DNA from: Ophelia neglecta
Taxonomy: Eukaryota
Length of the DNA stretch: 64,000 bases
Assembly: GCA_965285935.1 (NCBI GenBank)
Contig: OZ260664.1
Location: 15,996,001-16,060,000, forward strand
Direction of reading: 5' to 3'
In this document: positions 53,101 through 64,000 of the stretch, piece after piece
Layout: every line of letters begins with the position of its first letter
Numbering within the stretch: the first letter of the stretch is position 1
Translations under genes and position numbers: made by a program
The notes under the pieces: model-generated
Told to the model about the DNA's origin: nothing
Seen by the model: only the letters and a program-made list of their open reading frames with translations
The model's database searches: none

Positions 53101-56100
53101 ATGTTTTCCAACATTATTGTTTGCGTTCTTAACTGGATTTCTGAATCCACAGCCCCGACAATACTTGGATATAATCCCTGAAGCAGGACAGAGGTTAAAT
53201 TGCAACACGTTCAATATTATTCCAAATTAATTGAAGCCCAATAATAAGATATATGTTGTGCCATTCAAGTAGAGAAACAGTTTGACGACGTACTATATAT
53301 TTGTGGATCAATTTATCTAGGAGTTTCTTCTCCCGCTCGTAGAGAGAATTGTATTTGAAAATATCAACCATTCTCTGTAAAACAAAGAAAATACAACAGA
53401 AATAAGGAAAGTTATAGGTGAAATCTTATTCTACAGTGTTGATGCCCTGTTTATTGAAACATGTATTTGAACAGTAGATTTTGTCGATACTTGGATTGTA
53501 TGAAAATTCCTGCCTCGATGAATGGAAGAACTGAATCCAGTAGATAGTGGGATGTAAGCCACAAAAAGCATTCATCTGTCTTCTTCTCTGGTACAAAGCT
53601 AACAGGAAGTGAAAGCATGTGATTACTTATAAGTCACGTTAGCAACTAACACTAATAATACTACATCAACGGTTGTTTTCAAATATCTATAATATCTAAT
53701 ATGTTTCAGTAATCAACTTACGCTCTTCCTGCTCGCTGTCTCTTTGGCAACTTGTGTTTTTTCAAATGTTTTAAACATGTGGTTATATCGCCAATCAAGT
53801 GCCCCACGAAGTTCCATAGTAAGCTGGAAAGTAATTTTAATATTGTCGTTTCCAAAGAATTTCTTGAACGTATTGTTAGCAAATGAAGAATTGAAACACA
53901 TTCATAGCAATTATATGAGTGTATAAATTGGTCGAGCAGCGAGGAGCAAGTTGAAAAGGCGAGGGGCGAGGTGAAAAGCCGAGGGAGAGTCAAAAAAGCG
54001 AGGACAAGGAAAAACAAGTAAATTTATAAAATGCAAGAAGAAAATTGAATACATCATTGGAAAAAAGCTTGTATATTCAATTTGTCTCGAGCATGACATT
54101 ATATAAGCATTGAAAGACAATTGGCAAAGAACGGGAAACGTTCGGACACTGTGTCAGATATACATTTTACTTTTTATCCTGACCCCTCGCTTTTTAAACT
54201 CGGTTCTCGACTTTTCATCTCGCCCCTCGCTTTACAACTCGACCGATTTACACACTCCAGTTCCACATACCTTGAATGTACAATTGATGTTTCAGAGTTC
54301 ACTATTGTTGGGGATAAATTAAGCCAGGTCAGAAACTTCAGAAAGGATCTTTTTAGATTGTTGCTTACGTCCCGATTGTTAAGGATCCCTAGTGTCTCTT
54401 CGATGGGCATGATATTTCCACCAAGAGCGAGAAAGTGTGCAGCATTGTCCTGCAGGGTGTACAATATATGAGAGGGGATGTACCATGTAAGTTTATATTA
54501 AAGGATATATGTTATAAATGCTTAAAACAAGTATAGTGCCCACGGAAAATGTTTTTTTTAAAGACGGTGTTTATGGTATAGATGGGTAGGGCTGAGCCTA
54601 TTTTGTAGTTTAATATGACATGGTATTTAAGGCACATGTATGAACAAATAATGTAGGGCACATAAATAAGTGGATTGATTAGATGTAATTTATCTGGGAG
54701 ATTCGCAGGTCAAATAAATACCTTTGCACAAACAGCTAGCACACAAATGACGTCAACAAATGTTCTCAGAAGACTTTGCCCTCTTTTTGATAATAGGATA
54801 TCTACTCTGGAAAGGCAACAAGGAACATCCGTATGCAACTCACCATTTTAAAAGGTATTCTTGATACTTATTCAAATGAATTAAAATAGTATGTCCTGGG
54901 AGGGGGTGGGGCGGGGGGTGGGGGGTGGGGTACGCCATGTGACATCTCATAGCGACGTTTATTGGTTTCAGGGACATGCTGATTGAAAACACTTGTGCTA
55001 TGTTGGACAATTATGTATACATGGCCGTAAAACAACCATAATTCTCTCACAAATGTAAAAAGAAATTATGGGATTACGGGTGCAAAAAACCAGAATTTAC
55101 GCTATTTTGGCATATTTCACCGAGCCAAGATAAAGCGGAAGAATATTTTCCCACGAAATAGCCCAATTAGGGTCTAGTGAAACCTCATCGCCAGACTTGG
55201 GGAGGGGGAGGTGGGTGGAGGAGACGGGAAATACACATTTGCCATGATAATTATGAAACAAATTAGGTTGCTGCCTATATCAGCTCGCACACCTTTGCTC
55301 GACAGTGGGCAATTAGCGATTTGTGGTAATTATAAGTTTATAACGCATTTATTTGTTCCTTCTCAAATATATTTGTTTGTCACAGTTAACCTGGTGAAAT
55401 ACAAAACGATAAAGTGTGTTATAATTATTTATCAGAGCTTTTCACAGTTAATTTGGGAGTGGACAAGGGTTAAACGAGTGCTTAACCATTTATTGGCTTA
55501 AAGATTTCACTAATTTAAGAATCACGCGGGTAAAGGTTCACTGACCCCCCCCCCCCCCCCCCCGCCAAATAAACATGTCACAAGAATTACAAACCTTTCT
55601 TGGTGTGGACATTCAAATAGTCGAAATGATTTTGCGGAAATCTGTTCAAGAGCTGATTTCATGAACATGTACTGGTTTCTTTTGTTGATCGTTTGTCCGT
55701 CCATCAGGATTAAGGATAAAATGACCTCAAAAATCTCAGTTACTTGTTTGTTCTCTATGGTGATCCTCTGAAGTTTGATTACATGCCGCTGTTCTATTCT
55801 ATTGCACAAGGTGTGGTTGTGTACAAAGATCTGTAATATCAAACAATGTTCACTTCAACGTTTACCTAAAGCAAAAATTCTATCAGCCACAAAATCTATC
55901 AGCCACAAAGAACAAATTACAGGCAGCTGTTAGGGAACAAATTCTTAATAGATTATTAGTAATGAGTTAGCGCTATTATGTAAGAAGATGTAATGATGTA
56001 CCTCTTTTATAGTTTCCACCATGCAAGCCAACGCCCATCCGCAATCGAGTAAGGTATCAATATTCAGAAAGAGAAATTCCTGAATGTACTGGTTTTTGTG

Positions 56101-59100
56101 GCAAATCATTTGAAGCAACTTCAGGGAGTGCCGCATAAGAGATTCAAATTGGACATCGGATGCCTTAGGTTTAACAATAGAAAAGAAGAGAACTTTTGAG
56201 TTATCTTTGACAAAGGATATTGTAATTTTGACTGAATAACAATGAAAGTAATGTACGCACTCCATTCCTGCCTTCCTTGTCCATCTTAAGCATTTTCAGC
56301 AGGACCTCGTGAACTCCTTGATTAACCATCATTCTTTGTCCAACAAAAGACACAGTTTCTGGCCTTTCACTGTCTGACACTTGACAAAATCTGTTCAAAA
56401 TAACACATTTTATAAAACCTGTTCGTTTGAATATTAAATAAAAATGTATTAGCTTGTTTACAAAAGTGTGGCTAATCTTTATACTAAAATAGAGCTATTT
56501 TATTACAAACTGGATGCAAATTTATAATTGTGTTTTATTTACACCGATTTTAAAAAGAAAACACCACATACTGATTGAATTTAGCAAGAATAGCATTTGC
56601 CACTTGTATTTGGTCATCATGTATCTTCACAGCTACTGTCCGCATTAGAAGAGGCATGAAAATCCGGATCTCTCCCAGCATCTCACAATGCTTATCGTGC
56701 AGCAAAAGCTATATTCAAAGAATGGATTTTCCTTAAAGAAATACCTTAAGGATAGGTGAGGCATGGAAATAAATGTTTTTGCCATGAAAATGATTTGACA
56801 CGTATAACTTCCTGGCAAATAAACCAATTCAATTACCTGTGAGCGTTGAGCAGCCTTCAACAATTCTTCTTTGGCTGAGTACTCCCTGGACAATATTCCT
56901 AAAGACTTTGACGTCATTTTGGCGCAATCATAGTTTGCTAGGTCCTACAATTAGAACAAAATACATGTCGCAGGAAAAAGTTCCAACACAAAAGGGTATT
57001 GGAAGTCAGTTTTAATAAACCCTAAATAAGAATAGGATTATTCTAGCTAGCTATTACCTTTACCTTCAATACAGGCACCAATTTATCAAATCCAACAGCT
57101 ATGTATTCCTTCAATAGTAATTGAAATAGTCGATCCAATTCTTCTCTTGGTGTCCGCAGAAATCTAACAGAAAAATAAATCAGAATTATTTTATGCATAT
57201 TTAATTTTTGTGCTGTTCCTGGTCGGTAAATTAATGGGACTGATATACTGATATTTTGGCAAATTGTTGTCTGCTTTTATCATAAAATTTGAGGTCAAAT
57301 AGAAACAAATGCCTAGATTTAAAGAATAATTTACCAATTTTGGCCGTTAACTCTATCTTTAGATAATATCCTTTATCTTAGAACCGGGTATCGTGGTTAT
57401 AGTTCAGATATAAAAACATTTCGGAAAGAAAACACGCATACGCTGACTTACAGTTATGGACACGCATAAAATAATGTTTCAATCGGCCAGTAAATTCCAA
57501 AAATACATTTCGTACAATAGGGCTAATGAGTATCAAGCCATGTTCAAAAAACAAATAAAACAAATAAGGCCATAATCAAGAAATTTTCGTTAGCTAATAA
57601 CTCTCTATTCGCACCCAGATACATAGTTTCAAGTCTAACATACACAGTAAATTTTATTTGCGAAATTCTCCTGTTCTCAAAAGTTACTTGGTTTACACTA
57701 CTTACAAAAGAAAAAGTTTCATCCTCCTTGATTCAGTGCCGTATATCAAGTCACTCAAAGGGTTCTGGGTTCGTTCCACTGCTTGGTCGTTCTCCAGAGC
57801 CACTTTGAAATGAGCCATGAAAATCTTCAAGGTAAGAATTAAGTTTGCTTTTAGTAAATTATTTGAGTTATGTGCTATCACAAATGTGCTATCCAAAGAA
57901 GATAGTTGTTTTCTTCATATAACAGTGTGGTGCTACTGAAAATCTATAATACCTCGCATCTGAAGAACTGCGCCAGTCTCAGGAAATGGTCAACAATTAA
58001 AAGAGCTCTGGAAATATGTACCTACTATATCAACATGGCTAGATTCATAAGCAAAAATTTAGTGGACCCTACAATAGCACTTTCTTAACTTCTTACGTTA
58101 TGAAAAACAACAATTTATGTAGCAAATCAACAGTTCCCGCATTGAAAATAAAACTGATAGCACTTACTGATACTTGATGTCGGCCACAAGACGATTTTGC
58201 TCAGATTTCTCGTATCTTGTTTTGGACCGGTAGATACTCAGTTTGGCCGTAACATCCCGTCGCAAGGCAGAGTTTTTCGTCTTAGAGACTGCTTGGCAAA
58301 TGTCAAAAATATTTTTCCTGGCATTACGTTTTGTTTCTTACGTAGAACTGCGCCTTGTTTCACTTCATGCTTTGAAAGTTGTCAGCATGGGCAGTTTCAT
58401 GTGTGAATATTGCATTGACGTATTGTTTTGAATACTATTGTGTTTTATAGTTTAAAGAGAAGAGAGGAAAGACTAGTGTGTTTTTTGTAATACATATTTT
58501 ATACTGACGTCTTTGTTTATGAAGACATAGACTACAAAAAAGGGTATGACGAAGTGACATTTTGATTCAAATGGCAAACTGCTGTGGCATTACCTTTCTG
58601 CAGTTCAAGTGAGACGTCATTACTTGGCACATCATTATCACCCTTTAATATATCAAAGATGTAGGGGCCAATAAAGTCTGCTTTCTTAGAACTGATGTAT
58701 CCAAAAACTAGTAGGTTATACACCAGTTTCAATACCTGTGATAGCAAAGAAAGGAATAAGTTAACAAATTCAATAATATCAAATACATTTTCAGGTTAAA
58801 AGCTATTAGTCTTATATACCTACAGCTAAAATAAGCTGGTTTTTCTTCACTTCAGAGGCCACTAATACAATGTTTTCATCAAGGAATGTAAACAACCATT
58901 TGTAAATCTTTGGTAGGCGTTCTTCTAGATTGCGGTCAACCTATAAAAAAGATGAATAAATAAAGTCAAAGTCAGTTCATCAATTGGATTTCTATTTGGG
59001 GTCGGTGATGTGTTATGTGTCGATAGTATGTAAATTTCGGCTGTTTTTAACACGATGCTCTATTGCCATTGTTGGGACTGCCGACGTTATGAATCGTGCA

Positions 59101-62100
59101 TAAATAGGTCCTCTTATATTGATTTGGATGTATCGAATGTTTTACATGCAACTTACATATTGTGGTTGCTGGTTGAGCCATTCTTCAGGTGTTTTGTGTG
59201 TATCCAGGCGGTTGTAGTCATAGTTATTCCCTACACAATCTGACAGTGGAGTGTTCTCGCCAACATCGATAAATAATGCTAGATTACAAAGAGCCCACAG
59301 TTATTCATTAATGATCATTTCCGGAGGCAGACTGTGTAACTAAGAAACAATTGATAAAGATTATTTCAATAAAGAACTAAGTAATTAACAAACGTGGCGA
59401 GTTTACAGCTTTCGATTGTTACTATTATTCAGCTGCTGCTTAGCGATAAATTTGAAGAGGTAAATCAGAAAAAATTATAGTAGTGTTGTTTTCCCACGGG
59501 ACCCTCTGAAGCTAAAATTGGATGAACTATATATATTCAAAAAAAGTATTGATATGAGAAGTTATTTAACGAAAAATGAACGCATGGGATAAAATAATTG
59601 TATTAATGATTCGATCATCAAACTTGACATTGTATTGAAAGAATGTGAATGGCTAATAAACCATTAGTTCGAATAACATGCTAAGTATCAAACGGTTAAT
59701 GTATTGCGTTTCAATGATTAGACCATAAAAACCTAGCTTAGCGTCATATGATAGGTAATTAATTTATCACGAAACTGCATTTAAGCTTTAGGTCATACTT
59801 ATTATAAGATCACAGAACATAGCCTTCATCTCAGCAGAAATGGATGCACTCTCCAAAACACCAAGGCAAACCTCAAACGAGATGTAGTCCACAGCAATCA
59901 TCTCAATATTGGTTTGATTGCGTCCCTAAATAAAATTTGACTGGCCTTTTTAAGATGTGGAATCTAGTAAAGCGCTTGCTTTTAGTAAGTTCCATATATA
60001 TTAGACATGTACGACGCATATGCTACCAAATATGCACTATTGGAAAAGTAATGTTAATGTATTAATTTCCAGTGAGAAACTTACTAAACATAGGCACTCG
60101 AATAGTTCTAATTGTTCTTTCAAAAATCCAATTTCGTTTCCAGAAGATGTTCCAGCTAGGTCCTTTAATACAGGAATGAATTAATGCATCTTTATATGAG
60201 CGGTCATACTACACAGATAAGTTGCTTTAATTGGTTTAAGGAAACTAAGAAAGTGATAAACACAGAAAGTTGATTAAGGTTTTAAATGTTTACAATGATC
60301 TCACTTTGAAAAATGATTCTATCGGTTCTTTTTCGGCCGTTTTCTTTCTCCACACATAAACTTTGTGGTCTTGGCCATTGTAGGCGAAATGAAACAGTTT
60401 GTTCTATAAAACAAAACAAAATATGAGTATAAACTGATAACCCCCGACTTTGTTCCATCGGAATGAATGTCCCAACAGATCGATTCGGTACATTTGTGTG
60501 TTGCTTGTTGTAAAATGAATGTACCTTTTTTTGAACGAGCAATCGATGCCCAATGTAGTTTTGGTTCTCAGGTATTGCCACACCGTCACAGACACATAAG
60601 GCTCTCAATAATTGCAGATAGGTATTGTGCTAGACGATAAAATCATATATGAACAACTGTGTGTACGTGGAGAAGGTAAAAACAGGCATGTAAATAAAAA
60701 TACAATGTTGCGCCAGCAGGGTTTGGCTTGTTTGATTAATAACTAATTCAGTGAATAAGGTTAAACAATGTTCACTTCATTTCATAGTCTTATACAATGC
60801 GTCTGACAATGAAATAATATATATGCATATGGATTTAGGTAAACTCATAGATTACTTGAGTTTTTTCTTATGAATGTATGCATTGCTTCGAGAATATAAC
60901 TCTTTAACTAAATAAAAGATACGTGCCTCCGATTTATTTAGCAGTCGTTCAATTTGCTTTGGAGTTATCTTTTCAATCACTTGGCGTTTGTTGGAGAGCA
61001 ATTCGACCAAAAGTTTGGTGATATCAGAATCGGCATTCGCCTACAACAAATGGCAGTTAATTTTCCCTTTTACTGAGAAATACTCATCTGGTATCGGACA
61101 AGTGGGTTTTCATGTCTATCTGTCGCTTCATCGTCAAAAACCAAAACATAAGCAGTGTGTTTTTCAAGTCATATTCGTTTTTTCTCATATATAACGACTA
61201 TAGCTCCGTAATTAACATTATTTCCCAGAAAAGTAACATTAAATGGTGTTTTTAAACAATGACAGTGATATGAATATGAGACACGTCAATGAATTTAATG
61301 TGACGTGTAGTAAAATGAACTTCTTACCGCTGTGCTTATTCTTTCCTGGAAGAAGTCCATATATTTTGATATGTAGAGGCAGCTTTCTATGTTCGAACTG
61401 GTGAAACTCAACAGAAGATCGTAGATAGCGTGGACTGTCCGGTCAAAGGACCTCTCCACCTGGGCATCTCGCATGGCGTTAACGATCCTTAACAACTGGA
61501 TGCACATTGTCAAAACCTAACAATGAAGAAGTTCACACCAATGCTTTTATATGACCTATTGGGACATAGAACGTTAAAAGGAAGGAATATGATTGCTTCG
61601 TGCACAAATAACAAAAGTGAACTATTCACCCGTACTCAATACACGGTATATTTGTAACGCTTACGTTGACATTGACTTATCTCTGTATCAATAAGGACAT
61701 GGAAAGTAGGTTTATGTAATAGAAATCAGGAAAGGCATTCGACCATGTCACGTAAGGCTGGATGGACATACATGGCAACAAGAATAGTTTTCATGTGACC
61801 TACTTGCAAATCCTGGATCATTTTCCTTCTACAGTTGGCAGCTGAGACTTGTCTAAATCGGCGGTTGTCCATTTCAAATCTCTCCTCGTCCATATCATCT
61901 TCTTCTGCCACATATACTCTTAGTTCCGCGAGGGCCTAAGAAAGAGCGTTTGGTAGAAATAAAACAGAATTATATTAGAAGTTAAATAGTCAACTCCTGG
62001 TTACGAAATAATAAATGGCTTGCTAGTATCTGTTTATATTTTCAAAACATGCCAGTTTAAAGAATTCACACATAGTGCTACTCACACTGTATTCAACAAT

Positions 62101-64000
62101 TAAGTGCTAAGTGATTGTTTAGCTCCATCAGGCATCAACTTCGAAGATTACAGAATTCATCATAAATAGAAGACAATCTCATAATCGAGTTGGTATCCAC
62201 TTGCGTTTATTTGACAAAGAATTCTTTCTTTTTTCCAGAGAATTGGTTTAAACTACTTTATTGCTTTAATGCCCAGATAGACCTTGCGGAATCAACCGAC
62301 TTTCTATCATATATGCCACACCAAATATGTAATATATTCTTCTCACCGAATTCAATACTTCCATTTCCAATTCGGATAACTTCCCTTTTGACCTAAGCTA
62401 GAAACAACAACAACAAAAAACACCAACTTTCATAACAACAAAACACGCGGGTCTAGACATATTGATCCTTCAAATAAATAATTAATCTGTTAGAATATTT
62501 CTATTATGGTCGGACTTGATTACCTCTTGCAAGCCATTGAGGAATAATGGAGCTATTCCAATCACAAAGTTACAGTCGGCCAGGAGATTACTGGGAATGC
62601 ATGACACCGTGAAAGCGTCCTGGTAAAACTTCTGTTCGGTGGCAACCATCTTAACAATAAGAATAGATTAAGTTAGATTTTTCAAACACGAATAATCCTT
62701 GTCTGTTGAGAATGTCAACTAATGCCGTGCATCGATCAGTGGTTCCCCTTTGACTGTTTACTAAAATGCCATAAACATACTATGTTGTCCTGTGGTATAT
62801 ATATGTTAAACAAGTTATGCCTTAAGTATTAAAATCTTCAATAAACGAAGTTAATTTTCATGGCAAACTCTTGTATGTAGCTTCTTAGCAACTTACTTTC
62901 TTCCTGGTTTGTCGATCATCGTCATCCTGTTCACATTTAAATGTTGCTGCAAATAAATGAAATTCAACCCTTACTTAAATAAAAATACATTACTAGTTCC
63001 GATCGGCAGAAAAACAAAAACAGGGTATACATAGGCTGATCTACAAGTGAGTATCATCATGTTACCTTCTTATTTACTTATAAAGATACTAAATGCGTCC
63101 CTTAAGGTCACTTAATGATGTAATTAATGCTGGGCATGTTGAGCATATGTATATATTTTGACTTGTCTCACGATATACGTTGCCGGAACTGTGAGAACAA
63201 AAGCGACTCACCGTTTTCACAATGTATCCATCTTCCAGAAATCACGTGTTGTATTCTGACATAAGTTCCATTTTCCACGCTGCCAAATTCTCTTGTCTGC
63301 ATGGTAAAGAAATTTAAGATACTTCTGGTACGATTATTAAATTCTACCAAAAGCCAGCCAAGAAGTGATTTTAGCAAATAAGCATTTGTATTTATAGCTA
63401 TGAAACCCGTTTTATTTGATATTCTACCTTGTGCATCGCGTGAAATCTGAAGATGGTGTTTGGCAGCGCCTCTTCTGAGAGTCCCACTGAGCCATCCTGG
63501 GTGTCCACGTACAGATATCTCCTGGTTGGTACGTGCTTGATTCGAATGGGCTGACCCCACAGCATTTCTTCCCCTGGGTATAGTGGAATAAAATAGCAAC
63601 TTGATGCTTGAAATGTACGGACGAAGCCCAATGTCGTTATAGGGCATATCCTAAATAATTAGGTTTCATTTAACCCTTGACATATATTTTAACATAGCAG
63701 TATGGTCATAACATTAGCACAAAAGAGGCACACAGAAATTTAACATAAATAACTTTATTCCTGGTAGGAGAAGGTATCCCTGAGTTGCAGGACCATTCTT
63801 TTATTGTGCAATAATGCTCCCGTGTATATCATTAAATGAAAGGATAAGTGGTTTCTAATACAACGCATTTACTAATAAAGGGTGCTCCTTTCTGGAAGCA
63901 ACCTAAGTTTAATTTATAATAATGGTATTATTATTACCAGCGAGGATGCTGCTTTCCATTTCCAGTTGCCAGAAGGTTGTGCAGTTAGAAGGGGCGTACA
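41155..64000 (-). CDS. ITPR: Divergent inositol 1,4,5-trisphosphate receptor-like Ca2+-release channel (5' end beyond window; ~2,310 codons here)
   Basis: 58 phase-consistent exons: 64000-63938, 63573-63428, 63296-63212, 62946-62897, 62649-62524, 62397-62347, 61935-61804, 61516-61328, 61040-60927, 60629-60525, 60403-60305, 60162-60085, 59925-59799, 59278-59157, 58940-58824, 58735-58594, 58288-58168, 58007-57953, 57824-57706, 57163-57064, 56944-56837, 56708-56572, 56390-56261, 56163-56002, 55830-55595, 54806-54722, 54449-54271, 53823-53722, 53598-53514, 53374-53294, 53177-53073, 52952-52878, 52507-52369, 51315-51177, 50969-50823, 50660-50504, 50234-50137, 49983-49917, 49814-49695, 49590-49456, 48996-48847, 48444-48343, 48186-48103, 47763-47692, 47539-47465, 46833-46755, 46146-46016, 45863-45694, 45508-45377, 45277-45116, 43918-43798, 43610-43487, 43276-43101, 42911-42759, 42508-42431, 42188-42069, 41823-41686, 41403-41155. 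Motifs: MIR (WGQPIRIKHVPTRRYL, VRIQHVISGRWIH), RIH (LCVCDGVAIPENQ), RIH-associated (FCDGHHRGMQDYCREQ), SVEIIKD, LNIIFGIIVDTFSELRD, CFIC...HYKQEHNMWSY, FFPTNRAL. Confidence 0.93.
46892..47185 (+). mobile_element. tRNA-derived SINE in an ITPR-like intron
   Basis: A-box-like TAGCGCGGTAG and B-box-like GGTTTCGACCC. Then G.CCCTGGGCAAG central domain, ATGCTCCGCAAGGAGTTGAG, and a TGTAAAG..CTGAGAG 3' segment resembling L2-mobilised SINE tails. Confidence 0.65.
53917..54257. mobile_element. Foldback MITE in an ITPR-like intron
   Basis: ~90-105 bp imperfect inverted arms: GAGTGTATAAATTGGTCGAG...GCGAGGGGCGAG.TGAAAAG and CTTTTCATCTCGCCCCTCGC...CTCGACCGATTTACACACTC. Confidence 0.75.

Noticed and set aside
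63574-63650. ORF start MPYNDIG as part of the ITPR-like protein
   Set aside because: Intronic; the conserved MIR frame begins at acceptor 63573.

Overview
Intron-rich, AT-rich animal genomic DNA, probably from a marine invertebrate (lophotrochozoan-like by gene content; taxon is an inference). Four genes can be assembled from splice sites and reading-frame continuity. (1) The first coding exon of an unidentified minus-strand gene (ATG 10224, acidic Ser-rich N-terminus), whose long first intron appears to run off the left edge and holds a candidate alternative first exon. (2) A complete minus-strand GMC-family FAD oxidoreductase (11 coding exons, 609 aa). (3) A complete plus-strand, strongly divergent nicotinic acetylcholine receptor-like Cys-loop subunit (9 exons, 435 aa) with an altered aromatic box, a PDR selectivity motif and Ser at M2 9'. 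(4) The 3' ~2,310 codons (58 exons) of a divergent minus-strand IP3-receptor-like channel that lacks most visible IP3-binding residues and the GGGxGD filter. Mobile DNA includes a deleted IS630/Tc1/mariner element, several MITEs, a tRNA-derived SINE and two LINE remnants. There are also G-rich minisatellites and a templated local duplication. By eye, the left ~25 kb is CpG-depleted and the right part is not. All alignments were done by eye from memory of the families; no searches were run.
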